Assembly: GCA_030141605.1 (NCBI GenBank)
Contig: JAQGDQ010000011.1
Span: forward strand, 678,066-742,065
DNA: 64,000 bases
Source: Tubiluchus corallicola
Lineage: Eukaryota; Animalia; Priapulida
Reading direction: 5' to 3'
In this document: positions 1 to 12,600 of the stretch, piece after piece
Position numbering within the stretch: the first letter of the stretch is position 1
How the letters are laid out: each line of letters begins with the position of its first letter
Position numbers and translations under genes: made by a program
The notes under the pieces: generated by a model
The model's database searches: none
What the model was told of the DNA's origin: nothing
Seen by the model: only the letters and a program-made list of their open reading frames with translations

Positions 1-2472
1 CCAGCCAGCGTGTCATACACGTGTGGGTTCTATGACATACCCGTAATAGGAATAAGTGCAAGAGATACCGTATTCTCTGATAAAAATATCCACACGTCTT
101 TCTTGCGAACTTTACCGCCATATTCTCATCAAGTAGATGTCTGGATAAAAATGGTGGTCCTTTTCGGATGGAAGGCTGTTATTTTTATCCACACCAATGA
201 TCGAGATGGTAGATCTGTGCTTGGTAGACTTCACAATCTTGCTGAAGAAAATGGTATCGAAGTTGAGAAGACAATAGAGTACGAAGCTGGAGTAACAAAC
301 TTAACTCACCAATTTCTTATAGAAGCCAAGGAAGCCAAGTCTAGGATTATATTCATGTATGCAAATGCCAATGACGCAGAAGCCATATTCACAGCTGCAG
401 CTGAAGTGAATCTCACTGGAGCCGGATACGTGTGGATTGTGACGGAAAAAGCTATGGGTGTCCACAACTGCCCAGATGGTACACTTGGGCTACAGCTGCG
501 ACACCAAGAGGATGAAAAGGCACACATTAGTGACAGCATTAAAATAATAGCCATGGCATTGGCAGAAATGTACAAAAATGAAAACATCACTGAACCGCCA
601 AGCAGTTGTGGTGAGTTAACTTGGGATACGGGTCGCAAGTTCTTTAAGTATTTAATAGAACAGAAGCTACCTAAAGGTAAAACTGGGAAAATCAGGTTTG
701 ATGAATCTGGGGATCGACTTGATGCTGATTATAAGATCATTAACATTCAGAAAGGAGTTCCAGTGACTGTTGGAAGCTACACTCCATCAACTAATCCTGA
801 CAGTCACAAACAGACAGAATTAAAGTTGAGAAATGAAACAATGATAGTATGGCCCGGTGGACTGACAGAAACTCCGGAAGGTTATGTTATTTCGAGTAAC
901 TTGAGAGTAGTGACAATTGAGGATACACCTTTTGTGCATGTGAGACAAATTCTGCCGGGAGAAAACTGCACACAAGAAGGGGAAGTGTATTGCCCCAGGC
1001 CAAATGCCTCCTTTCCGACTGTAAAAGCATGGCAAGAAGAGTATTGTTGCTATGGTTACTGTATAGAATTGTTACAAAATTTGGCAAAAACTGTTAATTT
1101 TACATTCCAACTTCATTTGGCCATTGACAAGTCATACGGGTCATACGAACGAAGAAATGACTCGACGAAGAAAGAATGGAATGGCATGATAGGAGAAATA
1201 GTCAACGGAAAAGCTGATATGATTGTGGCTCCACTAACCATTAATCCAGAAAGAGCAGAATTCATTGACTTTTCAAAACCATTCAAGTATCAGGGAATCA
1301 CAATTTTAGAAAAAAAGAGAGCGAAGACGTCTAGCCTGACGTCATTTCTTCAACCATTCCAAAACTCACTATGGCTACTAGTTCTATTCTGTGTCCACCT
1401 TGTTGCACTCGTGCTATACTTGCTAGATCGATTTAGCCCTTTTGGCAGGTTCAAGTTGCCACAAAGTGATGAAACTGAAGAAGATGCACTGAACCTTTCC
1501 ACTGCACTGTGGTTTGCATGGGGCGTTATTTTAAACAGCGGAATTGGCGAAGGCACACCTCGCAGCTTCAGTGCTAGAGTCTTAGGCATGGTCTGGGCAG
1601 GCTTTGCTATGATCATAGTGGCTAGCTACACTGCTAACCTGGCAGCCTTTCTCGTGTTGGACAGACCTCAAACCACAGTAACTGGTATCAATGACGCCAG
1701 ACTGAGGAACCCCCAGGAAAATTTCACATACGGAACAGTGAAAGATTCAGCCGTGGACATGTATTTCAGAAGACAAGTCGAGCTCTCCACCATGTACAGA
1801 ACAATGGAAGAAAACAATGTCGATACAGCAGAACTTGCCATTAAGAAGGTAAAGAATGGATCTCTTAATGCATTCATATGGGATTCTTCCCGCCTGGAAT
1901 ATGAAGCAGCATTGGACTGTAATCTAGTCACAGCCGCAGAACTTTTTGGTCGATCTGGTTATGGCATTGGGTTGCCAAAAAGTAGCCCATGGACTGACAA
2001 GGTCACACTGGCAATACTCGACTTCCACGAAAGTGGCTTCATGGAGGATTTAGACACAAAATACATTCTAATTGCAGGTGCTGAGTGCAGCACTGAAGAA
2101 AACTCCCCAGCAACGTTAGGATTATCAAACATGGCTGGTGTGTTCATTCTTGTCGGAGGTGGCATATTAGCTGGAGTGTTTTTAATTTTCATTGAAATAT
2201 CATACAAGAGACACCAAATGATGAAGGAAAGGGAAATGGAGATAGCGAGAGCAGCTGCAGACAGGTGGCGGGGAACGATAGAGAAAAGGAAAAATGTAAG
2301 ACGAAAAATGTTAATGAAGCAACCAGAAGACACAGGTCCACATGGTCCTAATGGTAAGATGAATGCCACATACATTCCCGATAAGGGTTACAATATGCCT
2401 TCAAAAGATCCAACATACCTTCAGTATGGTGCCAGCACAGAAAAAATGGCTTATAATGAAAACTTAGTTTAA
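1..2472 (+). CDS. GRIN1: NMDA-type ionotropic glutamate receptor subunit NR1 (5'-partial; single large coding exon)
   Basis: Frame is open from base 1 ([11 protein letters not shown]..., so the track's GTG start is not the real start) to TAA at 2470-2472. NR1 hallmarks: [48 protein letters not shown] (N-site), [32 protein letters not shown], and M4 followed by EISYKRH. Confidence 0.97.
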   Translation, partial: PASVSYTCGFYDIPVIGISARDTVFSDKNIHTSFLRTLPPYSHQVDVWIKMVVLFGWKAVIFIHTNDRDGRSVLGRLHNLAEENGIEVEKTIEYEAGVTNLTHQFLIEAKEAKSRIIFMYANANDAEAIFTAAAEVNLTGAGYVWIVTEKAMGVHNCPDGTLGLQLRHQEDEKAHISDSIKIIAMALAEMYKNENITEPPSSCGELTWDTGRKFFKYLIEQKLPKGKTGKIRFDESGDRLDADYKIINIQKGVPVTVGSYTPSTNPDSHKQTELKLRNETMIVWPGGLTETPEGYVISSNLRVVTIEDTPFVHVRQILPGENCTQEGEVYCPRPNASFPTVKAWQEEYCCYGYCIELLQNLAKTVNFTFQLHLAIDKSYGSYERRNDSTKKEWNGMIGEIVNGKADMIVAPLTINPERAEFIDFSKPFKYQGITILEKKRAKTSSLTSFLQPFQNSLWLLVLFCVHLVALVLYLLDRFSPFGRFKLPQSDETEEDALNLSTALWFAWGVILNSGIGEGTPRSFSARVLGMVWAGFAMIIVASYTANLAAFLVLDRPQTTVTGINDARLRNPQENFTYGTVKDSAVDMYFRRQVELSTMYRTMEENNVDTAELAIKKVKNGSLNAFIWDSSRLEYEAALDCNLVTAAELFGRSGYGIGLPKSSPWTDKVTLAILDFHESGFMEDLDTKYILIAGAECSTEENSPATLGLSNMAGVFILVGGGILAGVFLIFIEISYKRHQMMKEREMEIARAAADRWRGTIEKRKNVRRKMLMKQPEDTGPHGPNGKMNATYIPDKGYNMPSKDPTYLQYGASTEKMAYNENLV

Positions 2473-5400
2473 CTCATTATCTAGTACTTGATTAAATCAT
2501 CAAAACTGACACTATAATAACAGACTATAATAACATTAAGCAAGTATATATTACAAACAAATATCGCCAATGATGTTCTATAATATATCGATATTAATGA
2601 CTGATTTTGAACAAAAGGTTGTAATTAGGTATTATCAAAAATAATAATATAGTTGATTTAATATTAATGTATAAACAACAGTATGAAGTCATTTGTCTTA
2701 TATTACCAAGTTACTATACGAAATTATTTAGCCTAATTATGTTAATTGTTGTAAAGTTTATTATTATAGAATTTATAGTGCCATAAAAATAGTGGTGTAA
2801 TATTATTAACTTATAGGCATGCCAATTTTGTTTTTTATATAAACGTTACATTATATTTATAAAATTTTAAAATTTGTAATTAAGATTTATACATGAAAAC
2901 AACAGTTCATTAGAAATTTTGCCTGTCTATCATCTTAAAGAAGCAAACTGTCTTCCATTGTCAAATCTGTTAGCACATCACATTGCAACATTAGCCAAAG
3001 ATGACTAAACATGTTTTGCAGAATGACAAAACAAAAAATTGTTAAATTTCTAAACTAGTCTCGGCATCATTTCACAGATGTGCAGTTTAGCATATCTAGT
3101 CTCTAGTCACATTTTCATAAAGGACAAAACTTTGTATGTTTAAATTGTAATAGGTGAAAGCAGTGACATGGTATTTCACAAGTGAAACAACCCATTTGCA
3201 TTCTAAAGTGCCCAACATTAATTTTAGCATAAATGAGTATCGTATTATCTCTTGTAGTATCACATTCAAAAAACTTCTTTGGTTATTTATGGTGTTTCAA
3301 TTTAATAATGTTATAGTTATCTTTACTATATACTTTACTAATCAAGAGTTTTAAATGTTGTTAATAATCAAATACTATCATAACTAATCAATTATATTTT
3401 CATTAAGCTTTACGTGTAAAGTTAAAGAAAGTTATGTTGTATCCATAAACACCCAACAGTTTTCCCAATATACAATATTAGGCTGGTTAAGCTAAGAACA
3501 AAGCAGAAAGAACAAGGAACAATGTACTAATTACAAGACAATCAGTCAATTTTTTGTGACACTAAGCTGTGTAACACAGAAAACACCCAGGGTAACTGAA
3601 GATCTCTGGATGGAAAGTATTATTGTTATATCATTAACTAATTTAGGTGAAAAACGACTAACATAATCTGCCGGCTGTAATCAGATCAAACAAAATTATT
3701 AAAATAAATTCCCCAAAGTGAAAATGAAATTTAAATTATTCATAAATCCATTAAGTTTATTGATGCAGTGGTAGCCTGCATAACACATACAGCTGTAATC
3801 TCATTATGTGCTATTGTATAAGGCATTCCATGTTTTGTTGCTATAAGCTATAGGTACTTTATAGTGACACTACTTTTATGACACTCTTTCAACTTTAATT
3901 TGCTTTGAAACTAATGCAATCATGCATTTGTTACTATTGTTATTTGTTAATATCTAAATTTGTAAATTAAATTAATTTTCTTAATTATTGTATTAGAAGG
4001 GAGATCTTGTTCCGTTATGGCTACAAATTTGGTTTTATGTTATCCCATATTCCGATATTAAGCTTAATAATTTAGTATTATATGATAATTAACAGTATAA
4101 TATTTTCTGATTTGCACAGTATAAATTTTAAAGGAACCATTTTATGTGATGCTTTCACGTTTTTGCCACTATATACTACATATGTTGCTATTTACTAAGC
4201 TACTGTTATGCTAAATTAAGCCAGTCTCTTTAAATTGCAATTTTATTTAAAATCAATAATTAAACATGAACTGATGATAGATTCAGACAAAACAACTGTG
4301 AACAATTAAGTATGCAAAACAATACATTAAATTTAATTTTCACTAGAAATAATAAAACTGTTAAAATAATCATTAGGTAAATGTTACACGAAAGAGATGG
4401 GATATTCTGCCTTAAAATATTTGAGTGTAAAATGTTCAAGAGTTTGCTTAAAAGAGTCTCTTTTAATGAACATTTATGCAAAAATTGTTTGTGATACAGA
4501 TATGCATTAGTAAGTACATTATTAACTGATCTAGTTTGTAAAAGTTGCATAATTCTTAAAATTTAGGTGATTTGTTCTTATTGTTTAACTATTAATAAAT
4601 TTTATGATACTCTGTTCTTTAAATAACTGTATAGGTACAGTGCTTTCTTTTTGCATACCTACATGTAAAAATATTACACGGGTACTAAATGATTGCAGTG
4701 CAAGAACTGAAGTACTGTTTCTTTTGTACCATTTTAGCCACGACAAATACTAATACATAACTCTTGTATTAAATTATTATAAGAAACGAATTTATACAAA
4801 GTGAAGCTAAATTACTATTTGAAATTACAGGTATAAACTTAAATAATAAAAGTAAAAGAAACTTTTTATTGGTGCACTTTTAGATTTGCTTGATAGGTTC
4901 CGTTAGTAAGTTACTAAAAGATGGCAGCACATATTCATTTCGTGCAGCTTTTCAAATTGCTCACAGTAAATTCTAGGAAGTACAAAGAGTGTATTAGCTA
5001 ATTTACTGTTTCAACTTCATATTTTCGTACATATTTTTCAATACACATTTCTGTTCCTATGTACTTTCACCATAAAATTAGATGTCAAAAAGATGTAAAA
5101 CAATTATGATGGTACAGCTACTGCCCTCTATTAAGCATACTAATAAACACAGATGTAAAACTCTCTTTTCAAAGTCAAAGTCATCGAAAAACTAAGGCAT
5201 TTGTATCATCATTAAAAACATCCTATTACTGGCGCAACACACTATCTTTACAAATCCACTCTTGCATGGATACGGTGTAGTTACGTTAGGCCTGGCCAGG
5301 CTGGTGGCTTACTTAGTAATCTTATTAGACTTTGGTATTGTAGTGGTTTGCAAAATGGTTTGTACCTGGTTGGGTTTGACAGATCTGCTAAGCAGTAAAA

Positions 5401-5642
5401 AATGGAATGAAAATTAATTACGTTAACACAAGTTTTCAAAGATTAACTCATATTTTAGCCTTTGTGTTATAAGGAGCAAAAACTAACAAGAAAATTGTCT
5501 ACAAACAAATTGAAGTCATTTTAGATTGTTTGAATGTCAAATGCAAAACACATAAGCACAATGTTATGTGAAACGTGAAGATCTGTAAAAAATACCATTT
5601 TTAAGTTAGTTAAGGTATTCAAAATTGAAAACATCATAGTAC

Positions 5643-6064
5643 CTTCCAGTGCCAAAACGTCACCACAAAACACTTTTTGACTCGTTCGATGCAGTTGCTT
5701 ATATAACGACAGCACCTAAATGATTAAAAGAAAGATTAAAAATTAAGTATAATTACACTTAAACAATTTTTCCAGCAAGACAGTACACATTTTTATAATA
5801 ATTTGTAATTAACAAATTTTATTTGTAACTTACATAGATTAAATTTATAAATAAGTAGCCATAAAATTTTTAATTAACTTTATAACAAAAACAAGAACAT
5901 CATTTGACACTCAGATAAAAATAATGAAAACGTTCATGATGTTAATGGCAATTTCAATATGTAAGGGACGCTGGAAGCCAGAGAAATGTAAACAAATTAA
6001 AAATATCAGACAGTGGTTAATCTATCAAAGTGCAGACCTTTCTTCTCCATAGATTGTTTGCCAT
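5643..6064 (-). CDS. LYRM7: LYR-motif complex III assembly factor LYRM7 (first two coding exons only)
   Basis: Exon 6064-6038 (ATG GCA AAC AAT CTA TGG AGA AGA AAG|gtctgc) plus exon 5715-5643 (ttag|GTG...GAAG|gtacta, 73 nt) give MANNLWRRKVLSLYKQLHRTSQKVFCGDVLALE. This closely matches the remembered LYRM7 N-terminus ([24 protein letters not shown]). No downstream exons found in the window. Confidence 0.85.
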
Positions 6065-6269
6065 CTAGATCAGTTTGTTTCACACAACTCTCTGGTTTCC
6101 GACATCTGAAAGATGGAAATCAACTTAAACATGAATGTTCTCTAAATCAGAGAATAATTAATACAATATTTTTACCTGAACAGAAATGCTCAGTAAGTCT
6201 ATTCAACAAATAAAATACTGGAAATCATGATGCAAGCACCTGAGTCAAGAAAACATTTTTTGTACATTG

Positions 6270-6512
6270 GAGGACACTGCGTGTTAATCTTATTCAGCTA
6301 TGTAACAAATGCGATTCACAGGATCAAGGTGATGAATACCATTATGTTTTAATTTGCCCATTCTTTAGTGATGTAAAGAAGCAATGTATCAAGCAATATT
6401 AATTATAACAGGCTCAGCGCCGTAAAAATGGGTGAATTATTCAGTGTGAAAATGTCAAAGTATTGTCAAACTTAGCTAAGTTTGTTAAGTATATAATGTT
6501 ACGGTTTAAGTA
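6270..6512 (+). mobile_element. Non-LTR retrotransposon 3' ORF2 remnant (RTE-X/CR1-group CCHC region)
   Basis: From 6298 it translates LCNKCDSQDQGDEYHYVLICPFFSDVKKQ, the C-x2-C...GDExH...CP motif at the C-terminus of LINE ORF2. A stop and decay follow. Confidence 0.7.
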
Positions 6513-6964
6513 GAGAAAATTAACTCAATATGCTTGTAATGCTACTGATTAACCTTCTTCAGTTAGTACTAGATAGCAGCACTGTAATTTTTTTGTGATC
6601 TTTGACTTTGTATTGGTTTTGCCACAGCTGTTGTGTATGTATTACACACACCCCCGAAAGGGGTGTAAAAAGTTCAATAACAAATTTGTAGCAAAAACAG
6701 CCGCTAAAAATAGAACATATAGGCTTTGATGCTCCTCTCAAAATTAATACTACTATCATGACAATGTCATATTTCTTGATGAGCTTGAAAACACCAGCAA
6801 TTTTTTTTTAAATTTTATGTCGCAACATTGTTCTGCACCAATTCCGAATTGTTGCAATATACACATGTTCAGCAATGCACTCATTCAGCAATTTGGAATC
6901 TGCACAAGTTCCCATCTGGCGCAGAATAACATGAATGCCTACAAACCCCTTGAAGTGATAAAAT

Positions 6965-7190
6965 TAATCAAATTATTAGTAAATTGATAAATGGAATTAT
7001 AGACCTCACATTTGAGTCAAATTTGTGAGGAAGTTAGCCAGTGAGTCCAATGAGTTATTAAATTAACCATATATGGTGGTTCATTCAAATTGATTCGTTA
7101 ACCATTGATTTTTCACCACCCTTTCTCTGTTGTTCCTTCGAATTTTGTGTATATTTATGGAGAAAAATAAATTACTAATCTAATCTAATG
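6965..7190 (+). mobile_element. Probable LINE 3' tail remnant
   Basis: Ends in AAAATAAA followed by a short (CTAAT)n tail at ~7165-7190, as is typical of CR1/L2-group 3' ends. Confidence 0.35.
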
Positions 7191-8171
7191 TAAACAAAAC
7201 AATCTCAGAAAAATGAACACATACTGACATAGGAGATCACAACCTTTATCTTCATTTAAAAAGTGAACTGTAAATTTGAGGAGAAACTAAAGATATCTTC
7301 CTACCTTTAAATCTATCTGGTAAACAGGTGAGCGCAAAGAATCTTAATTATTTTACTAAAAAGTGTTCGAATCAACTAAAATATCAAATTCAGATTAACC
7401 TGCTTTCATGTCAGCAAGAGAGCCTACCTTTGCTAATATTCCAGGTCAATAGGCGCTTATTCATTCTACAACTCTTTGTCTACGGGCAAGATCCCATTCA
7501 CGCTCAGGCCTCTCAATCTGTTCTTGCTTAACCCCTTATTCTGATGATATAATAGTAAACATAAAACATTTTACTACATTACTACAAATTTACTGCATGT
7601 TAACACAAGACTAAATTTTTTGTATCTTAGGTGATTTTGCAGACCAGGGATCATCTTTGAATGTGTTTTGTTTTGCTATGCAGAAATATAAAAAACTATA
7701 GTGTGATGATGGTCATCAGGGATGAGTAATCTGTTTTATTTGCAGGGCCAACTACTTAAGCATCACAAAAATGAAAATGCACTGCATAAATTAATGCTGA
7801 ATTTTAATACTTTCCCAATTATTATTGCATGCTGCATAAAATGTAGTCCAAGACTTTCTTTTGAAAAATCAGTTGTGTAAATGTTAAAGTTAGTATAAAT
7901 ATTGCAAGTTGCAAGCTCAAATAAATTGTTTACTTAGCATGATTTTTTATATATCTGCTGATTTTTGTATTTGTATATTGTATTTTGTGATTTTATGAAC
8001 AGCATATTTTGAAATGAAATTTTTAAACTATCAATCAAAATAAGAAAGTGCCGTCCCTCAATATTATTTACTAACAATCTGAAATGCACAACTATGTCAA
8101 TTCATTTTGCCTACAAGTCCTCTAGCAAAAAATAACAAAGAAGATAAAAATTAAATTGCATATAAATGCAT

Positions 8172-8177
8172 TTTATT
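8172..8177 (-). promoter_or_regulatory. Candidate polyadenylation signal for the NEK gene
   Basis: AATAAA on the minus strand ~1.4 kb after the NEK stop codon. Confidence 0.35.
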
Positions 8178-9603
8178 TTTAATACTTTTTCTACAATAAC
8201 ATAACTACACAAAAAATTGTTTGGGCATTATTGGAGAACACTAATTCCGTTTTGCCATTGTAAATTTTTGGTTTGCACAGCAGCAACTAGCAATTAAATT
8301 TAAATTGCGTAATCTGTTAAAATTACATTTTTTGATTCAAATGTCTGCTGTACACAAATTTTTATGATTTTTGTACTTTTACTAAAATTTACCCATTATC
8401 ACTATTACATATAATAAATCAGCTAACAAATTATAACCAATAATAAAAATAGATAATTATGTTTAATAACAAGTCTGAATACATCACAGTCTAATATGGA
8501 CGGAATGCAATGCTAAATACAGCGTGAGAATCATAAACAAGTGATCCAGCAAATAAGCACCAATTTTAAGTAACACAGTAACAGCATTAGACGTTCTAGA
8601 AGGCCTATGTGAAGGTATACCACAGTGAAAAAACTATGCGTTTTCTAAACATTTTTTGAATACATATAAATTTTAAACATTAACTTACATACATATACAA
8701 TTCATTAGAGACTTTTATCTGACACAAGCTAACAAGCGCTTACATCACATCATTTTTGGTACAGTGAGTTGGAGTCAAGTTGTTATACTCACAATGCTAC
8801 ACTAGGATGCTCCTAAAGGATTACATCACCTTACAACCTTACATGGATTTAAACTTTTCTACTAAACAGTGTTATATATTGCACACTATCAATCAACAAT
8901 TATGTATGCAGCATTTTGTATAGAACAATATAGCCTATAGATGTATAGAGGTATATTCTCTATAGACCTTAGAGATCTTGCCTAGAGATCAGTACTGAAA
9001 AATACCATGTGTTAAAATATGGATACAACAAGGACATAATTATCATTAATATATATAGTTTTTATACACTGTAAATGTTATGCATTTAGCACAAAAACAG
9101 AACATTTACTAGTGAAAATCATAAGTAAATGCTTGGTGAAAAAGTAGTTATGATGTGCATTTATGCATGCCTCACAATACTGCAAGTTTTTCCATGATTC
9201 ATTAACACAATTTCATGATAAAAGATGTTTCAAAGCTCCCAGATTACGGTAAATCAGAATTAGAAATCTTGTTATATCACAGAACTTATTTATGTACATA
9301 AGCATTAACTAAGATTGGCAAATGTTTACAAAAACCTAAAACTTCTATCATAAAAGATAACAAACCCTCGACTCACAAAAAATAACAAGTCCTCAACACT
9401 ATCAACTTACTTAACATTACCACCCTTAACACCACCACACTTTTTTTTGTAACTTCTGGCAGAAGATCTGCTAGACATAGGCACGGGTGAACTAAAGCAT
9501 GCAAACATACATCTATCTTCACTCTTTTTTCCTAAGCCCTAATTAGCTAGTTTTAACAGTCATTAGACAATTACCCCATTGCCATGATGATTTAACAGAA
9601 TAA

Positions 9604-12600
9604 CTATTGCACTAGACACACTTTGCTCTGTTTTTGAGAGCTGGCACTTGCTTGACTTGAACCGGACACTGGACGAAGTTTCTGTGCACTGCTACTGTCT
9701 CTGTTTGACGCTGTTTTAGCATCTGTATTACTGCTTACTTTTGCCTGAAAGAAACGTAGTTAAGTTGCGTTAATGATTATTACTTATTAATTAATTACTC
9801 ATTTCTCAATTATTCTGTCAGTTTCACTTCCTGTCTTCGCCCATCCATCCACCTGTCCTTCATTTATCTCTTTATAGTTTCTGGTCTTTTTTCTAAACCT
9901 GCTTTTCTTCACACTCTTAACCTTGATCACCTCTTCTCAGTAGCTTAACATTTAAATCATGCATTTTTAGTGTAAGAAAATCTATAAAACTTTGTAGCTG
10001 TTCCAAGGCCTACTTCATTATGGAATTTGTTGCAAGATTGAGTAACCAATACAAACTTGAACAAGTTGCGCTCTTCTTTACTACAACAGTTTTAACAGTT
10101 CATAACTGTCAGGGTACCTTTTATGTCAAACATACTGTTTCTTCTTAACAGACCTCTCTTACCCCTAGACAGGTATAATTAAGAAAACCTGCTAATCTTA
10201 CCTGTAATTCTAGCACCTGGTTCTGATTTTCTATCATTCTTTGATTTTGGGCTTGTAATTCTAATCTCATTTTCTCCATCTCTTTCAGCAGTGCTTCTTC
10301 ACGCTCCTAAAACAAAAGTTTAACAGCTAAGGTTACATTTTTGTCAGATTCCAAGGATCTTTACAGTTTGGTAAAACAAGAAAATGCACATTGCTTCTTT
10401 TTTACAGTTGTCATTTACGTAAAAATTTGACAGCTGGAAGTTAGTTGACAAATTTTAGTGCTAAAAGAACTTAAAGTGACATTTCATAACTTGCCTTTGT
10501 TCATTCCATAGCTGTTAACATTAAACACTAAATAGTAAATACATAAAAAAATGAAATTTTTATTTTAGTAAACTAACAGTATTGCTATCATTAACTAACA
10601 ATAAAATTTTATTTAAGAAACATCTACTTTTTCTGAAATACAATACGGCAATATTGTGGAAGGCAAAGATCTCAAACGATTAATAGCCCCAAAGTTAAAA
10701 CTGTGAATTTTGTTCTTAATCTGCTGATTTGGTATATCGTGTAACAAAAAATTTAAATCAATTGAAATTGAAGATTTGGTCATCATTTGAACAATTAGAA
10801 ACAGCAAGAGGAAGCCAGGTTAGAATAAGCTGGAATGTAAAATAGAGTAACACATATTTTTAAAAAAAAGATCAAGAAAATTTTGGCTAACTTGTGCCAT
10901 CTGTTCACGTTGTTCAGACAGTAATTTCTCTTCTCTGCTCCGTTCCTCTTCCAGCTGCTTTATCCGCTCTTCCATCAAAATCTTTTCCTCCTGCATGTGC
11001 TGCAGTTCCACTTGGAGTGCTTCCTCCCTCTTTCTCTGTGTTACTTCAGATATGAAACCACGACCTAAAACAAGCAACAGAGACAACAGCAGTGATAATG
11101 GATGAATAAATCTGAAGAAAAACATGCAGAAGTTGAACTAACTTCTCAGCAGATGGTATCACGTAACCCATAAACATATTTTTCTTTCAGTTCTCACAGT
11201 GAATCTGCGAACAGGAAAAATTTAGTGAATGCAATACTCAGTGAAACCTACACTCTGTAGCATGTTGCTCTAAAACACCTTTAATTGCATTATTATAAAT
11301 GTTTGATGTATGTTATAAATGAGATGAAATTATTCATATACCTCGACCAGGAACTGAACCCGCTCTATCCGTTCACAGCTTTACCCTTTTAAAGTAAATG
11401 TTATTTAAGAAACTGTTAGACAGCGACCCCTATTTCAACCCTCCACATTAAAACCCTTGCGGGTGCTTCCATTTATGCCCAAGCCAGTACCTCGTTAGTA
11501 ACCAAATATTAATAAACTGTAATTAATTAACCAACTACGTCAAGGTAACTAATTTAATTTATCAGCTTGTAAGTTTGCTTTAGGATTTGCGTAAACCCTT
11601 GACATACATTAAATGTGGAAAGTGAATGCTATAAAAAGGAATGTAATACTTACAAACATAACACAAAAATTTATTAACAAACTTTGCCTTTTGCCTTTGT
11701 CTTTAATGGGGAGTGCTTGGGTTCAAATTTAAGTTTAACTCTTTAGTGGAAAGAAGCCAGTTCAGCAATTCACTTTGTCATTACCTTTAACACTCACTAC
11801 GTGGTTGCAACACTATCAGTAAAGTTGTTCAGAATCAAAAATCCGGAAAGTTTATGCCTTTCCCCTATATCCCCTACTTTGATTTTTTTCTTTCACACTA
11901 TGGTAAAGTGAAGTGACTAACTATCAGCTACAGAATTTTTAAACAACCTTTCTAAAGACTGGTTATTTGTTTCATTAAGGCAAACATGGATTTGAAAACG
12001 CCCAACACATCTCTGCCAATATCTTATACCAGTAATCGTGAATAGTGCCAGGAAATTAACCTGGAGACAGACATTCGTTCCTCTCTTGCCACAACCATGC
12101 ATATTAAGTACATGTGCTGTTAAGTGCTGAATTCCAAATTGCATAAACGGACTGCAACGCACCTCCTTTCTGCATGCTTGATAATGATTCGGACTGCAGT
12201 GATCTCTGTGGTTTGCTTCTACTGGAAGGACGGACACGATTCACGGGTCGAACAGCAGGCGCTCCTGTCTTCCCTTTGTAATGCGCATTATTCGCAGTCT
12301 TCTTTGTAGATAAGTTTGATTCTGCACTCAATCTATGAAAAAAGGACAATTTCTATGCATGGAAATGAGACTGTTCTGTGCCAGCATTTATACTTGTATG
12401 CTGAAACTGCTAGGTACTTATTTGTAGCAGATGGAGACTTAAAGGCAGAATGAAAGAGAACTACCTTCTTTAAAAAAATTGAAACCAGTTCTATCTCAAA
12501 ATATATCATCATTTCTTGCTCATATGAACATTAATGCAGATGCTATCGAGCACAGGGGGGAAGAATCTTCCATCATTAGAACAAAAGTGACACTTACTGA

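Noticed and set aside
306-2375. Several minus-strand ORFs overlapping NR1
   Set aside because: Antisense shadows of a long coding exon, with no recognisable motifs.
3640-3676. Acceptor-like ttacag|CC GGC AGA (AGR) as LYRM7 exon 3
   Set aside because: Hits a stop after AGRLC and lacks the KINEEF-like continuation.
5280-5390. Possible LYRM7 terminal exon (ADLSNPTRYKPF...)
   Set aside because: No resemblance to LYRM7. At most an unproductive alternative end.
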